A stretch of 63,377 nucleotides of DNA, filler included, from Rhabdomonas costata (GCA_019059605.1; 39 parts of 39 records of this genome joined end to end with filler, not necessarily neighbours in it), one strand, 5' to 3'; shown: positions 1 to 13,026, numbered from the whole stretch's first letter. The notes: generated from the letters alone by a model not told the origin. Numbers and translations: made by a program.

Positions 1-1081
1 GTTTTGGTGGAGTACTTGTTCAGTGGGGTGTTGGTGAGATGGGAAAAGGTATTGGTCAGCTTGTCCATGTTGTACGGCTCCGTGGCAAAGCGAACCAGCA
101 TGTCGCGGTACATGTACACCCGCAAGGGCTGAAAGCTGGTCACCAGAACGTATATTCGCATGTCGAACTTGTGCCCAAAAAGCAGCAGCGGGTTGCTGAC
201 GTACTCCTGGAAAACAGATCGGTATCTTACCCTAAACCTCCCAGAGAACAAAGATCAGCATATTTTGTAATTTTTCCCGAAAATATTTGTACAATTTCGT
301 ATTTTGTTTCGGACTCAAAAATACGCGGAGATCTGAGAAAGAACAGCCCGACTTGGCTTTGCACACATGCCGCAACTACCATATTTGGTCCGGTGGTGGA
401 GGATTGGATGGAAAAGAAAATTCATTGTTGTGCCCAACCTCGGCCCACAACCCTCCAACTTAACATGGAATCTTAAGGCACAGACATAAAAAAACAAACA
501 CTTCATCGCAGCATCACAATGGGTGGGGGCTCAAACCAACTGTACTCGTCCACTGGAAAACGGTACTGCAGCATCCCCCATTTCCGACCCCCCCCCCCTT
601 TCAACAGCGAGGTTCATCGCCACAACAGACTCGACGACAAGATTCAGTCATAAATAATGAGCAGCGAGCAAGACTTTGATTGCACAGCATTTGGGCTCAT
701 CTGAAGCTGTGTGTGTGTGTGGGTACCGGGTTCGCCTATTTTTATAAAGCGGTGAATGATCCAATGATGCAGATGATGGGCTGATGCACATCCCTAAAAT
801 TCCCTCCCCGTCCACGCCAGGAGAACGCCCGACAGGAAGCAACTTTGGAGTGCCCGTATTTTTCTCAAGCGGTGCCCCTTCCCGTTCGTTACGATGAACC
901 TGACAAATCGCCGTGCAGTCGTAGGTCAGCTCGTGCAGCTCGCGAAAGAGAAAGATCTTCCTGCCTCGGCTCAAGTCACTGGGCTTGCAGATCCATATCC
1001 TCTTCCCCGGGCCCTCGGAGTCCTGCAGCTCGGTGAAGTGCTGGCAGAACTTCACGTACTCGTTGGGAAGGATCCATGACT
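1..1081 (-). CDS. Tubulin polyglutamylase, TTLL2-like (partial; exons 1081-900 and 206-1)
   Basis: WICKPSDLSRGRKIFLF...AICQ|EYVSNPLLLFGHKFDMRIYVLVTSFQPLRVYMYRDMLVRFATEPY...HLTN; phase-0 GT-AG intron 899-207. Confidence 0.93.
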
Positions 1082-1528
1082 CTATGGCACCCCACCGCAC
1101 AACGGGAGAAAAGAGGAGGCTAACACCACAGATTGAACAATGATGGGAAAGGTTGCAGGAAATGAATGGTACAGCCCACACGCATGCAGGCGTGTTCTAT
1201 TTTCCGTCTTTGCACCTCTACACACAAAAACGGCCCAGAAAACGTCATCCGTGAAGCAGCAATGTTGTGATAAGTCCCGCCTACCGCTTTTATGAGCATC
1301 TGTGGATTGATGAGACCCAAAAGTCAATCAGGCATCGAGCCAGTGGGTGCTTCAAGGGCAGCAAAAAGCCCCGTCGGGTTTCGCCCCTTCCTTTCCTCGT
1401 CACGGAAAGATGCCCCTCCCCAAAAGACTATCAACATACCACGCGTTGAGCTCCAGCTTTTCACTGAACCCCTTTCCTGCACCTGCACCTGCTCTTTTCA
1501 GTGCAAGGAGGAGTGTGGCACACACCCC

Positions 1529-1628
1529 NNNNNNNNNNNNNNNNNNNNNNNNNNNNNNNNNNNNNNNNNNNNTTAATTAATTAANNNNNNNNNNNNNNNN
1601 NNNNNNNNNNNNNNNNNNNNNNNNNNNN
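1529..1628. other. Artificial contig spacer (first of 38, recurring about every 1.63 kb)
   Basis: 44 N + TTAATTAATTAA (stops in all six frames) + 44 N, repeated identically throughout; contigs are all ~1525-1532 bp. Confidence 0.99.
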
Positions 1629-1857
1629 GTTTTGGCACTCTTTGTTGCTGGCATGTGGCTGCTGGGATCTGCGGTTGTTCCAGGTAAATCTTGCCACCCT
1701 GTTACCTCTGATTTCTGAGATATCTAGTATGGTTTGGTTTTTCCGAGGGAGCGGGAAAGTCACCTTCGTGATTTTGTGATCGATGGGAGTGATAACCAGC
1801 GCTAATGTCCGCAACTGAATCACGAAGGTTATGCACGGCTGGTTTCCATTTGTTCAG

Positions 1858-2759
1858 GTTGTGGAGAAGCCAAGTTCAGTGAGGCCGACAGCTCCACGTG
1901 GCAGGCGATGCAGACCGCCGTCACTCAAGGGAACCTGCACCCGGCGCTGCTGTCGAAGTACAACGCCCCTGCTGTGATTTTCTTTCTGTCTTTCGCCCTC
2001 GTTGCCTTGTTTTTTATGTGCAAATTGGACTGTGAACAGGCTTCTCTCACACAGTCCTGCAGACCTCCGCCAGGGTAAAACCAAGCCGCACAGTGATTTG
2101 CGAATGGCAGAATAATGTGGAATCGGTGGAAACGGTCATGGGGGTTGAACATGAGTGGGATTCAGTGAGGAGAATGGGCGGGAAAGGGGCGGCTGAATTC
2201 TGGACTGTTCTGGTGTGTGGACAGAGGACAGAAACCGACTGCCGGTTTGTTTCACTGAAAAGTTCCCCGTTTGCTCTCTTGTATCTCACTTGCGCAACTT
2301 TTGGGCGGATAATCCAGAGCAACCACTACCTCAGGGGATCACAAACCGCGAATCTTCTGAAATCCAGAAATGCTTAGCATTCGATTTTCTGATTCATCAA
2401 ATTATCGCCATCCCATTGAAAACCGCCTCGGCAGCCCACTTGGCTTACTTGGTCTTGTGTTGCATCCCTTTCCTGAAGTGCTTTTGATCGTCTGAGGAGC
2501 CTAAATGAGGATTTTCGCTTGCTACACCCTTTCATGTATGTTTTCTTATCGCTTGTGACGCAAGCGTTGGTCTCTCTTTCTCTGCCATCTCTCTCATTCG
2601 TACGTATTTCTTGGTTGTCGCACAGAACTGCGCATGCCATCGTGGGGGAACTCCTTACCGTGGAGTGCCCGGTACGGAATCCCCTGGCGGTGCCCGTCTC
2701 CCTGTCGGAGGTGCGGTTGCTTCTGGAGTTCGAGCCTGCTGTGCCAACTTCCACTGACG
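1858..2759 (+). CDS. TRAPP III subunit TRAPPC8/Trs85-like (partial; exons 1858-1973, possible micro-exon 2055-2074, 2626-2759)
   Basis: AIVGELLTVECPVRNPLAVPVSLSEVRLLLEF resembles the TRAPPC8 VGE..TV.V..RNPL..P..L motif; flanked by AG and GT. Confidence 0.65.
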
Positions 2760-5700
2760 GTCCGCATTGCTTTGGCAGTTTTCGTTTTGATTTTCCACAG
2801 CTGAAAGTTTGATTCACATTAAGAAACTCTTTTGAGCCGTGTTTGCCCCTTCCCTGTACTGTTTCTGGCCGATTGGGTGACTGGTCCCACCTAGACGGAC
2901 ATTTTTCTTATTTTGTTTTGTGCGCCATTTGAAAGGTCACAGCAGCGCAAATGCGAAATTATTTACTAAATGTAACCTTGGCGTGAAAACATGCACTTGA
3001 AATACTTGAAATGCTAGCGTCGTCTTGTCTTTCGTCGGGTCGGCCTGCCCAATATTCCCGGGACTATGGATTGGTGGGACCTGTGGCGGTCGCCTCTCAA
3101 GGGAACGATGCATAACCCCTCCCTCAACTTCCTCACATCGGCGAGCCACACACACCCCNNNNNNNNNNNNNNNNNNNNNNNNNNNNNNNNNNNNNNNNNN
3201 NNTTAATTAATTAANNNNNNNNNNNNNNNNNNNNNNNNNNNNNNNNNNNNNNNNNNNNCAGGCGTTTTTTATTGGGGTTTCCTTTGGGGACAGAGCGACA
3301 AGCAAACGGTGGTCAGTGCGGTGGCGAAGGTTCTGGCTCACGTCGACCCTGCGCACTTCGGAACCCTGCGCATCGTGTGCCTCTGTCTCCTTCACCCCCC
3401 TTCTTCCCTTCTATCCATTCCTTGCGGCTGTACACACACATGCACGCACGCACATGTGCACATTGCACTGGCTCTCTCTCTTCCACGACAACGCGATGCA
3501 GACACTAAAGGCTGTCCTTTTCGCCTTACTTGCGCGGCGTTCAGCCGCTGTAGCTGAGTCTTAATTCTATCAGTGGGCCAAACCATCAGCTCCATGTCAG
3601 CGCTTTCCTGTTATTGTCATACCTTTTGTTTATTTTTGCAGGGTCAGTTCGATGCAAGCATTGCGGAATCCCGAGTCGCTCGCTCCGTGTGCGAGAAAAA
3701 GAATGGGTGCGTTTTCAATTGTGTGGTTTTATGCGCTTTTTACCCGTCGCAATGTCATTTGGGCATTGGACATGTGGACCCTGATCAGCTACGGGTTCAC
3801 CCACCAGAATGTGCCGGTGAGCTTTACGTGTGGAGCAGCCCTTTTCCCATTATGGCGTTTCCTCATCGTTTGTGTGGTATGCATGGGTGTTTTTTTTTTT
3901 GCAAAACGTTGTGGGTGGTGTCGTAAACCCTCTGCTGCGAAGGGCAAGAAGCGGCACAAAAAGGGATACGAAAAGAGCCGCCAAGGGGTACCCCAACCGG
4001 CGAGGGCTCTGACCCCAAGTACCACGACCACAGCACCAACAATTTCGGGGTTGCAGCGACCCTACCAGTCCAACCACCCCACAGCCAACCACCACCATAC
4101 AACCAACAACCAAACTCTACAACATCAACAGCACCACACCAAACGCAACCAACAACAACACCACATACCCTATTTCACACAGCACACACCCCACAACAAC
4201 AACCACTACCCTACAACTACCACATACGCCACAAAACACAACCCTACTACACGCCCTACTACACCCACTACCACAACTACACTACACACGATACCCTAGA
4301 CTACAAGAAGAATGCACATACACGCGAGGAATCCAAGGAACAGAACAAACCAAGTAGCCACACTCACATACCTGCACACAAACCCAATGACTAGCCTGGA
4401 GACAGTAACGCCAACCCATGAGTACAACGAACCGAACTGAAGCGCGGGAGACAGGAGCACAACGAAGCACAAGCGAGACCAACACCAGCTCTAACCCGAA
4501 GACCGAACCCTGAAGACTCTACCCAGCACCACAGATGCAGAGACCCAAACCGAGCATCCCAAAACCAACAACCAAGGAAACCACGGAAGTCACAGATACG
4601 CAACTCAACCCAACCCTGAACTACCGTAGCGAAGGAACTTACGAAAATGCAATTGCAGAAGGCCAACACCAAACCCGAGACCGGCACCTAGACACCCTAC
4701 GCTTGCGCGCCATCCCAGAGACAACTGACTGCGGAGGAACCGAACCCAAGCATCAAAGCACAGAGCACCACGGAAAACACCAAAGCNNNNNNNNNNNNNN
4801 NNNNNNNNNNNNNNNNNNNNNNNNNNNNNNTTAATTAATTAANNNNNNNNNNNNNNNNNNNNNNNNNNNNNNNNNNNNNNNNNNNNTCTCTCACTCGCTA
4901 CGCTCGTTCGTTCCTTCTAATGGTCCCCAGTTCGTCACCCAGGTCCCCAGTTCGGTCTGGTCACCCCAGACGATCCCACTAGACCACCAGATCTGGACCA
5001 CGATCCAGTGATCCCTGGGAGGGAGACAGTCCACGGTCTTGATGCGGGTATGTGGTCTTATGTGCATCATCATGTCGTGGTACAGGAGGTGCATTTTGAG
5101 GGTTCGAGGCCCTTAGTTGGTGTCTAGGGTCCCTTGATGCCCCTAGATGGTCTTACATGCACACGTATCCTGAGGTGATGGATGTCCCTCCCCTATGCAC
5201 TTTGGTACCCCCCTAGGTCCCTAGGGTGCGTAGATGCAGGAAGGTAGCCTTAGGTGAGCATGCGCCCCGAAGGTGTGGAGGGGTTCGAGACCTCAGGGTG
5301 AGGTTTTGATTTCTGCGTGGGTGTTTGGTTTCGGGTTTCGATTTCTCGTTCCTCTTCGGGAGGTTCGAAGTCAGGTATTCCCCTTCGGAGTTGATCTTCA
5401 GGTATTTGAGGGTTTTAGGCATTCCTGGGTTCGTGTTTCTGGGTTCTGGGGTTGGGTTTCTGGGTTTCGGTCTTCTGGCATTCAATGGTTTGGTCTTCAG
5501 GGGTTGGTATTCGTGCTCCAGAGTAGAGGATTTCTGGGTTCGGTGGTTTTGGTCTTTGGGTTTTGGTCTTTGGGGTCGGATTTCTGCCTTCGGTCTTCGG
5601 TCTTCATGCCTTCGTCTCTTGGCATTCGCATACGGTTTCCAGGAATTCCCTCGGGATCTCCAAACTTTCACCGACTCCTACCCGAAGCAGATGGAATTAC

Positions 5701-8700
5701 GTACGCCGTGAGCAATGACAGATGATGATGAACAACGACCCTCGTATGCTAATGGCATAATATATATAATAATGCTAACTGGCAGGCTGGAATCCAGACG
5801 CCCCCACGCACGAGAGGCAACGGTTGATGAACGCACTGTCTCATCATACACTACGAACAGCGATAAGCAGTGAGATGCGACTAAGTGGGACGGGCCCATG
5901 GTCTCAGTTGATCTGTTTCGTGTTAGTTATGCGTTTAAGTGGGACGAGCCCATGGTAACAGTAACGCACGATAGCGCCAGTGGTTTGATGGCTATAAACT
6001 ACCACTGGTTGGCACACAAATGCGGAGTACCACGATGGGTATATTCCACGTAGGGAAACCGGTGATGTCAGGAGTCGCCTAGTCCACGTGACGGATAAGA
6101 CCGGTAAACCCCTCCGAAGGAAGCTAGAAGGTCAGGCCAAGGCTCAACCCAACCAACATCAGCCAATAGGTGGTGTATTCATGTGGTAGCCCTACACCAT
6201 AGAGTGGTAGTGGTATGCATAGCATGACAGCCAACCAGATGGTGATGTCAGGAGTAGTGGATTGGATGACATGAGGCACCTACCCTACACTGATGATGTT
6301 GGTGCATAGGTTATGCTAGCTACACCCTACGCTGAAGGTTCCAACGTAGGGTGTAGCTAGCATAACCTATGCACCAACATCATCAGTGTAGGGTAGGTGC
6401 CTCATGTCACCCAACNNNNNNNNNNNNNNNNNNNNNNNNNNNNNNNNNNNNNNNNNNNNTTAATTAATTAANNNNNNNNNNNNNNNNNNNNNNNNNNNNN
6501 NNNNNNNNNNNNNNNGGGGGGGTGGTGGTGGTGGTGGTGGTGGTGGTGGGAACGGGATCCCCGCAACTGCTGTGTCACGGGCCTTCGTGAAGCGGTATGA
6601 AGTGAACATGAGGTAAACATGTTTTCTGAAGTACACCACCAAACGCAGGGGCGGAGCCCGTGCGTGTTGGAAGTTTGGGAGTGCCGAGCTCACAGGAAAA
6701 ATCTCCCGTTGAAAAAATTGCCAAGGCAACGGGAGACAACACCGAGTGAAAATGTTTTCAGCTCAAATTTCGGGCTACAGCAAACGCAAACATTCATTTT
6801 TCTCCAGGAACGAGAACACATTAAGGGGTGCGTTTCCCCCTTGCCGGCTCCTCTTTTTCATAACGGGTATTGATTGGCGACCACCTCTGGTGGGAGATCA
6901 GTAAAATATATAGAAAGAGACAGCTGAGGCAACAAACCGGAGAGCCTGAGCGAGGCAGCTTTCAGCGAGCTCGCCGGTGGGAGCTGCGCGGTGGAACGAG
7001 GCCTCCAAGACTCCGTCATCCACGCTGCACGGCATCAAGGGGAGATCCGGAGGCAGCAACCCCGACGTCACCGGGGAAGAAGGAAGGTAACTTGATGACA
7101 TACGAAACAAAACAGAGAAAGAGAAAGAAGCAGAGAAAGCTAAAAGAAAATCTCTGCAGAGTGTGCGTGTCATGGGCACGGGAGGGGGGGATTGGTCTCA
7201 TACCCGCTGGTCAAAACCCGCTACTTCAACGGAAACCCACGGATACACTTATCTTACCAAGCACCTAGGATCGTGGGCCGCTACTCTGCGCTCTTTTCCC
7301 TTGGACTTTGTGCTGTACATTTGTGAATGTAGTTGCTCATTCTTTGTCCTCGGCCAAAACGAAAATTTTCGGAGAAAACCTGACTTTTAGCTGACTTCTG
7401 ACGAATAAAAAAGCGGTGCCGCTCACTCATATTACCATCCCTCCTCCAGAAATATTACATTTCCCCGTCTCCCAGAAAGTGTGGAGGCGCCTTTCGGGCG
7501 CGGTGGCCAAAGGGACGGCGCGAATGATCCTCCGGGGCTTCACAGACCAGTAAGTGAAGTGGCTGAAGGTTCAGTAGAGTCTTCCCCCCCCCCCCTCCTC
7601 GTTGTGGGTTGAACTTACCTTCCCATTGTTTTTTTTTTTGCCTTTGATGCCCTTCTCTTTGTGTTGCGTGTTGCTGGTACTCAGCGGACGGGCTCTCTTG
7701 TTGGTTGTGTGTTGGCCCATCTCCCCCTTCCGTCCCTTTGCACCCGATGTCCGCGTTTCTCCCCCTGTCTTCCCAGGTGATTACCACGCATTCTCTATGA
7801 TTGTTTCCAACGTTGCCCATCAGTGTAACTTATTGCGTTGCCTTTTCGGCGGACCCTGAACATTCTTTGCGCTGCTTCCGTGAGTGCCGTGACTCATCCA
7901 AAAAAACAAACTACGTTTAACTACGTTTTCATAATAAAATGACATGTATGTTATTATTTATAATAAAATTAAACTTGGCGATTCTCCGGCTATCCACTAT
8001 CCACACACCCCCTCACGAGGACTCCGGCTATCCACCCCCCACNNNNNNNNNNNNNNNNNNNNNNNNNNNNNNNNNNNNNNNNNNNNTTAATTAATTAANN
8101 NNNNNNNNNNNNNNNNNNNNNNNNNNNNNNNNNNNNNNNNNNGGTTTTTGTATGCATTGTGTTGCTTGGTGTACGACAAACACCTTTTCTTTTTCCTTAC
8201 TTAGTGTTTCCATGTAAACCTTACTTGTCCGAGGACACTTAGGACTTGGATTGCATCTTCAGTTGTGCTACTCTAAGATGCCGCAAACAAACACGTTTCC
8301 TATACGTTTCCATTGCATGGCACTCGTTTCAAGACAAGTGCAGGGTGCTTCAAGGGCGAAGCTTGGACCCCCGTTGTGTGCTTCAACAGAAATGCAAGCT
8401 CATCCTTTGGAGCTCCCGTTACATCACCCAGTGGTCTCTTCTTTCCGTTCCCCCCTGGTCAAAACTTTGCCTTCTTCGACAACTGAGATATTCCCCCGTC
8501 TCAGTCAGCCTCACCTGTGTTCGGGTTAACGGGTCATTCCATTGTTCTGGCGCCGTGTGCCGTTGCGATAAAACGGCGACGCAGCTACGCTGAGGGAAAT
8601 GGGGCACGCGGCTGGTCAGGCAGCAGAGCGTGGACAGTGGACAGTGGAGTGCGAAGGCGGAGAAAGGCGAATGTTCCCGCGCACACGGAAGGTACACGGC

Positions 8701-8975
8701 TGTTGGTTTGGGTGACTGGGGCAGTGTACACGGCTACAAAAACTCCTGATGAGGGAATGAGCTGAGCTGACTGCACGCTGTCAAGATCTCGCCAGGTCTT
8801 TATAATACTATTTTGGGAACAACTAAACGAAGGATTTTGGGACCAACGCAAAGAATACTACTTTGGGCACGCGTGGAAGTAATTGAATGGATTGATCTCG
8901 AACTTCTTTACTGGGCAAACATGCATACATACTTCAGATGGAGAGACTTTCGGTAATCCAAACGTTATCCACGTA

Positions 8976-9660
8976 CCTTGGATACAGCAGGAATCCGCTG
9001 CGCAGCCCTGAGCGGGGCACATGGCTGCAGTAAAGGGCTTGAATCGGTAGCCCTGGGGGCATGTGAGGTTGAGGCACGGGAAGTCGGGATTGGCTGCGGA
9101 TAAAAGTGGAAACCTTGCGATTTTAGTATTATGAAAAAGGGAGTGTTCTAAGTTGGTGTGGCAAAGTGCTGGCGATACACAGTGGCACCAATAAACATGA
9201 GGAGCAAAAACAAAGCTGAGAAGTGGGGAGTAAGAGGAATAGGAGTTATCAAAAATGTCCAAGAAACATCACGCATCACGCTGACGCACCCTACAAAGAC
9301 AAAAAATGCGGGGCTGCAAGGCCGAGTGAAGCAGCCATCTCGACAAGCGGAAAATTGGGGGACAGCCACTTGTGTGCAAGGGGGCCATACCCACGAGGCT
9401 AGTAATCGGACACTCTGGTTTAGGATTAGAAGGAGGAGGGGACGAATCAATACCCACGAGGCTGTACTCCGTGTTCGAAACCCCGTGGTAGGAGTAGCCC
9501 CCTGTGGTCATGAGACTGGCGCCCAGATGGCCCACCCCGAAGTAGGACAGGGAGCTGGGCATCGTCTCCGGACAGGCCTCCCACTGCACCCCGTCCTCGG
9601 AAACCTGGCACGAGAGAGCGGTGGAGGTAAACCCATTCCTGAGGTTCCACAGCAGCCCCC
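8976..9660 (-). CDS. Putative extracellular protein exons: kelch-like repeat and Cys-rich repeat (partial)
   Basis: WEACPETMPSSLSYFGVGHLGASLMTTGGY (kelch-like GG motif) and CLNLTCPQGYRFKPFTAAMCPAQGCAADSCCIQ on the same strand. Confidence 0.4.
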
Positions 9661-9770
9661 CCACAAAAAANNNNNNNNNNNNNNNNNNNNNNNNNNNNNN
9701 NNNNNNNNNNNNNNTTAATTAATTAANNNNNNNNNNNNNNNNNNNNNNNNNNNNNNNNNNNNNNNNNNNN

Positions 9771-11298
9771 GGTGGGGACCTCCCTACTGCTGTCCCGGCC
9801 TCTGGCCGGGCTGGCCGCGGGGATGAACCAGCTCGCCGTGCTGGACCTCAGCGGGCCCTCCTCTGTCAGCGCCGCGGCGGCCTCCCCGATTGGGGGGAAG
9901 CTCTCTCGGCTGGCGGAGGTTGCGCGGTGCCAGCGCTCCTTCGCAGCTCTGGGTCGGTATGATCTTCGTCGATGGTTTTGTGTATATGTAGAGTTGTTGT
10001 GGATATGCTCATACTTCGGGGGGTAACGTTTGGCCGTCTCGCTGCACGCAGTAGAGCCATAAAAATGAAAGCGTGTGAAACTAAAACTGAGCGTGTATTT
10101 CATCAAATAGATTTTATCCATAGACTTGCTTGCAAACCCTAGCAACCCCTGCACGTATCGTCCGTATCGTATAGGAGGTGTTTTAAATGTTTTGATGGTT
10201 TTGATGGCATCCTTCCTCAGCAGGCACCAGGCCCTGTTGTCCCGCTGTTGTTCTCACTTCCCTTGAGTCAGGAAATTTGCGCTTTTGCGAACATCGTATG
10301 CCCCCTGCAAATTCAAGAACTCACCGAAGCATGTGGCTCGACTGAGTATTCCCCAGGGCATCCCCAGGCAGAGATCTGGTGTTGCAAAGTTGCGGTTTGT
10401 CCCGACGATGCTGCTCTTAGGCATACCATCTCAAAGGATTTCCTACCATTTAACTGACAAAACTCAATTTAAAAAGGATCCTGTCCAAAGTGTCAAATAA
10501 TTTGGAAGCTTTCCAGCACTCCTGGCCCGAGGGTCTTTCTGATCCTAACGCACAGTCCTCCCCCTGAAATTCCTTCATGCACCATGACCTTCCGCTGCTT
10601 GCTTGTGAAATCTGCAGGAGGCTCCGAGAAAGAGTCAAATTTAACCTAAAACCAGCATAAAATGCTCAACTAGCCAAAAGTTAGGTTAAAGTAGTCCAAA
10701 AATGGCAACATAGGCAAACATTGGCAAAATTCGCTCATCATAAAATAGCATCTGGGTATTCAATTTCATCCCTGTCCCCGGAAAAGTCATTGAGATAGGT
10801 CAACGGTATGCGTGCAGGATTTTGTCCCAGAGGACAAAGGTGCAGGATTATTAGCCTCTTTATTTTAGGATCCTTTTTATTTTGAGTATTGTCAGCTGCC
10901 TTACTGGACTCACTGGAACCGGTTAGAGGTGCATCGTCACATAACCTGCCGCAGAACTGTTGTGTTGGAGCCCAGGAAAGCCCAGGTATTCCGTCAAATA
11001 ACCCCGCCCAAATAAGGAAGCGTGGGCTCAAATCCGGACACAAATGTAGGAGCCTTCCACGCTGTCAAACGAAAATACATTCTGCACCCTGTCCAGCGTG
11101 AACGTGGAATGTTTCCATGTGAACCTGAAGATCACAGTTCGATCCGTATGAATGGGGTGTCGTCGCTCACCGCGGACGGCTTCGCTTGGGATGAGGTGTA
11201 TTTAGGTGGTTGGGGGCATGGGGTCTGCCAGCGGTCTGGAGGCCTTCGCGAAGTACGTTCCGCGGGACGTGGTGCGGATGCTGATGAGTGGGGCGATG
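9771..11298 (+). CDS. HAMP-linked class III adenylate/guanylate cyclase (partial; exons 9771-9956 and 11232-11298)
   Basis: Splicing the GT-AG intron 9957-11231 gives SRPLAGLAAGMNQLAVLDL...SRLAEVARCQRSFAALGRGLEAFAKYVPRDVVRMLM, the HAMP plus F.KYVP..VV linker preceding class III cyclase domains. Confidence 0.8.
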
Positions 11299-11723
11299 NN
11301 NNNNNNNNNNNNNNNNNNNNNNNNNNNNNNNNNNNNNNNNNNTTAATTAATTAANNNNNNNNNNNNNNNNNNNNNNNNNNNNNNNNNNNNNNNNNNNNTG
11401 TTTGTGGTCTTCCACTTGTCCGTTTTTTGGTTTGACTTGGTGGTAGCCTGCAACACCCTGCACCAAGGAACCAAGAAAATCCTCACTGAAACAGCAAAAC
11501 TGCGCACGCTTTGGGGTGGCAGTGAGAAGGCAAAACGGGATTGCCAACTCGCTAAAACGAAAACAAAAAGCAAAAGCACAACTTCAACAGGTCGACATCC
11601 TGCGATGCAGATATAAAGGGTCGCGGTGATGCGTGCGTGTGTTTGAACCTGCAAGCTGGCAACTGTGAATTAGATCAACGGTACTACTGCTCTTGAATAC
11701 GGCCCCCCTGTCCTCGCGTTAAG

Positions 11724-12926
11724 GTGGTGTTCTTCTCGACCACCAACGGCACCCGGGCGCTGCGCAAGCTGCTTCCCATGGGGGACGTGTACGTGTGCAG
11801 CTTCCTCAACTGCCGTGCCCTGGCGGAGCACTTCCTGCACCACACCACCACAGACATCGCGGTGTGCTGCAGTGGCACCGACGGCGAGTTCAGCGTTGAG
11901 GACACAGCGTGTGCCGGGGCCCTGGCCGACGCCATGGGCGGGCCCCATGCCGTGCAGCTGAATGACCTGGGCTGGGCGGCGTGGTACCTCTACAACGCCA
12001 ACCGGGCGGACATCCACCACCTGGTGATGCAGAGCCACCACAGCAAGCGCCTGCAGGTCAGGAGCCTGTTGGGGGGTTGGTTTGTTTTCTCATGATCGTT
12101 TCCCCGAATAAAATGTGAAAAACTGCAGGTTGTGCAATGAAGATTATGCGAGGCTTTCCATCACCATCACTACCATGGACATAACTGTGAGGGCACCAGG
12201 TCGACCACATGACTCTTCCCAAACCACGAAGCTAACGAACGAAGCAGGAAAGAGACTTTGTTTTAAAGTTAAGAATCGATAAGTTACCCCCGCACATTCA
12301 TAATTTTTTGCGGGAGACATCCCCCCTCCCCGGTTTTTTCGTTCACCTTTTTGACCACTGCTTCTTTTGCGCCCCTTTTCCTGTTGTGAATTAACTCCTT
12401 TCGTCAAGTGTTGGTGATTGATCCGCTCGACCTCTTTGTTTCTCTTGCTTGGGGTTTTTGTCTTTGCCTCGAGCCTCAAGCAAAGAGGAAAAATGCCTAA
12501 GATGCCCTCAGAAGATGCCGAGCGACTTATTCGAAGCTTTTTGTTATCGCGCGACACCAATAAGAGAATACAGAAGCAGCCGGCTTCAATTGTGCAGAAC
12601 ACTTTAACCGTCAGAACATCTGGGGACGCACCAGTGTGGAAGCACAACTCGCACACATGCACACTTGCGGGCACGCCCTATGACACATTCACACTAGCAT
12701 ACACAAGTGATACGGCAAGGCATCCGCAGTTCAGTCATCGATCACGCTGCGAAAAGAACGTGCACATGCATGGCCGCAGGCGATGGGCTACGGCGACGAC
12801 GTCCGGCTGTGCTCCCAACTCAACACTCTGGACGTCGTGCCCGTGCTGGCGGGGGAGAAGGTGGTATGCGCGAAGAGGCAGCGGCGGCAGCGGCGGCAGC
12901 CAGTCGCTGCCTCTTCGCGCACACCA
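11724..12926 (+). CDS. comB: 2-phosphosulfolactate phosphatase (ComB family) (partial; exons 11724-12056 and 12780-contig end)
   Basis: STTNGTRAL, SFLN, CSGTDGEFSVEDTACAGAL, SHHSKRLQ|AMGYGDDVRLCSQLNTLDVVPVL; phase-0 GT-AG intron 12057-12779. Confidence 0.9.
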
Positions 12927-13026
12927 NNNNNNNNNNNNNNNNNNNNNNNNNNNNNNNNNNNNNNNNNNNNTTAATTAATTAANNNNNNNNNNNNNNNNNN
13001 NNNNNNNNNNNNNNNNNNNNNNNNNN

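Noticed and set aside
1573..1584. Regularly spaced TTAATTAATTAA repeat (array-like)
   Set aside because: Synthetic six-frame stop linker embedded in Ns; not CRISPR.
1515..1640. Most contigs begin G/T-rich and end A/C-rich, suggesting telomere-capped nanochromosomes
   Set aside because: Tails are short, non-periodic and cut through exons; consistent with low-complexity library tails, not telomeres.
3652..4299. 215-aa His/Thr/Asn-rich ORF
   Set aside because: Open only because the CA-rich tract lacks stop codons.
6267..6409. ~65-bp perfect inverted repeat at a contig end (looks like a hairpin telomere or MITE)
   Set aside because: One of four contig-terminal fold-backs; the one at 61858-61992 copies coding sequence, pointing to library or amplification chimeras.
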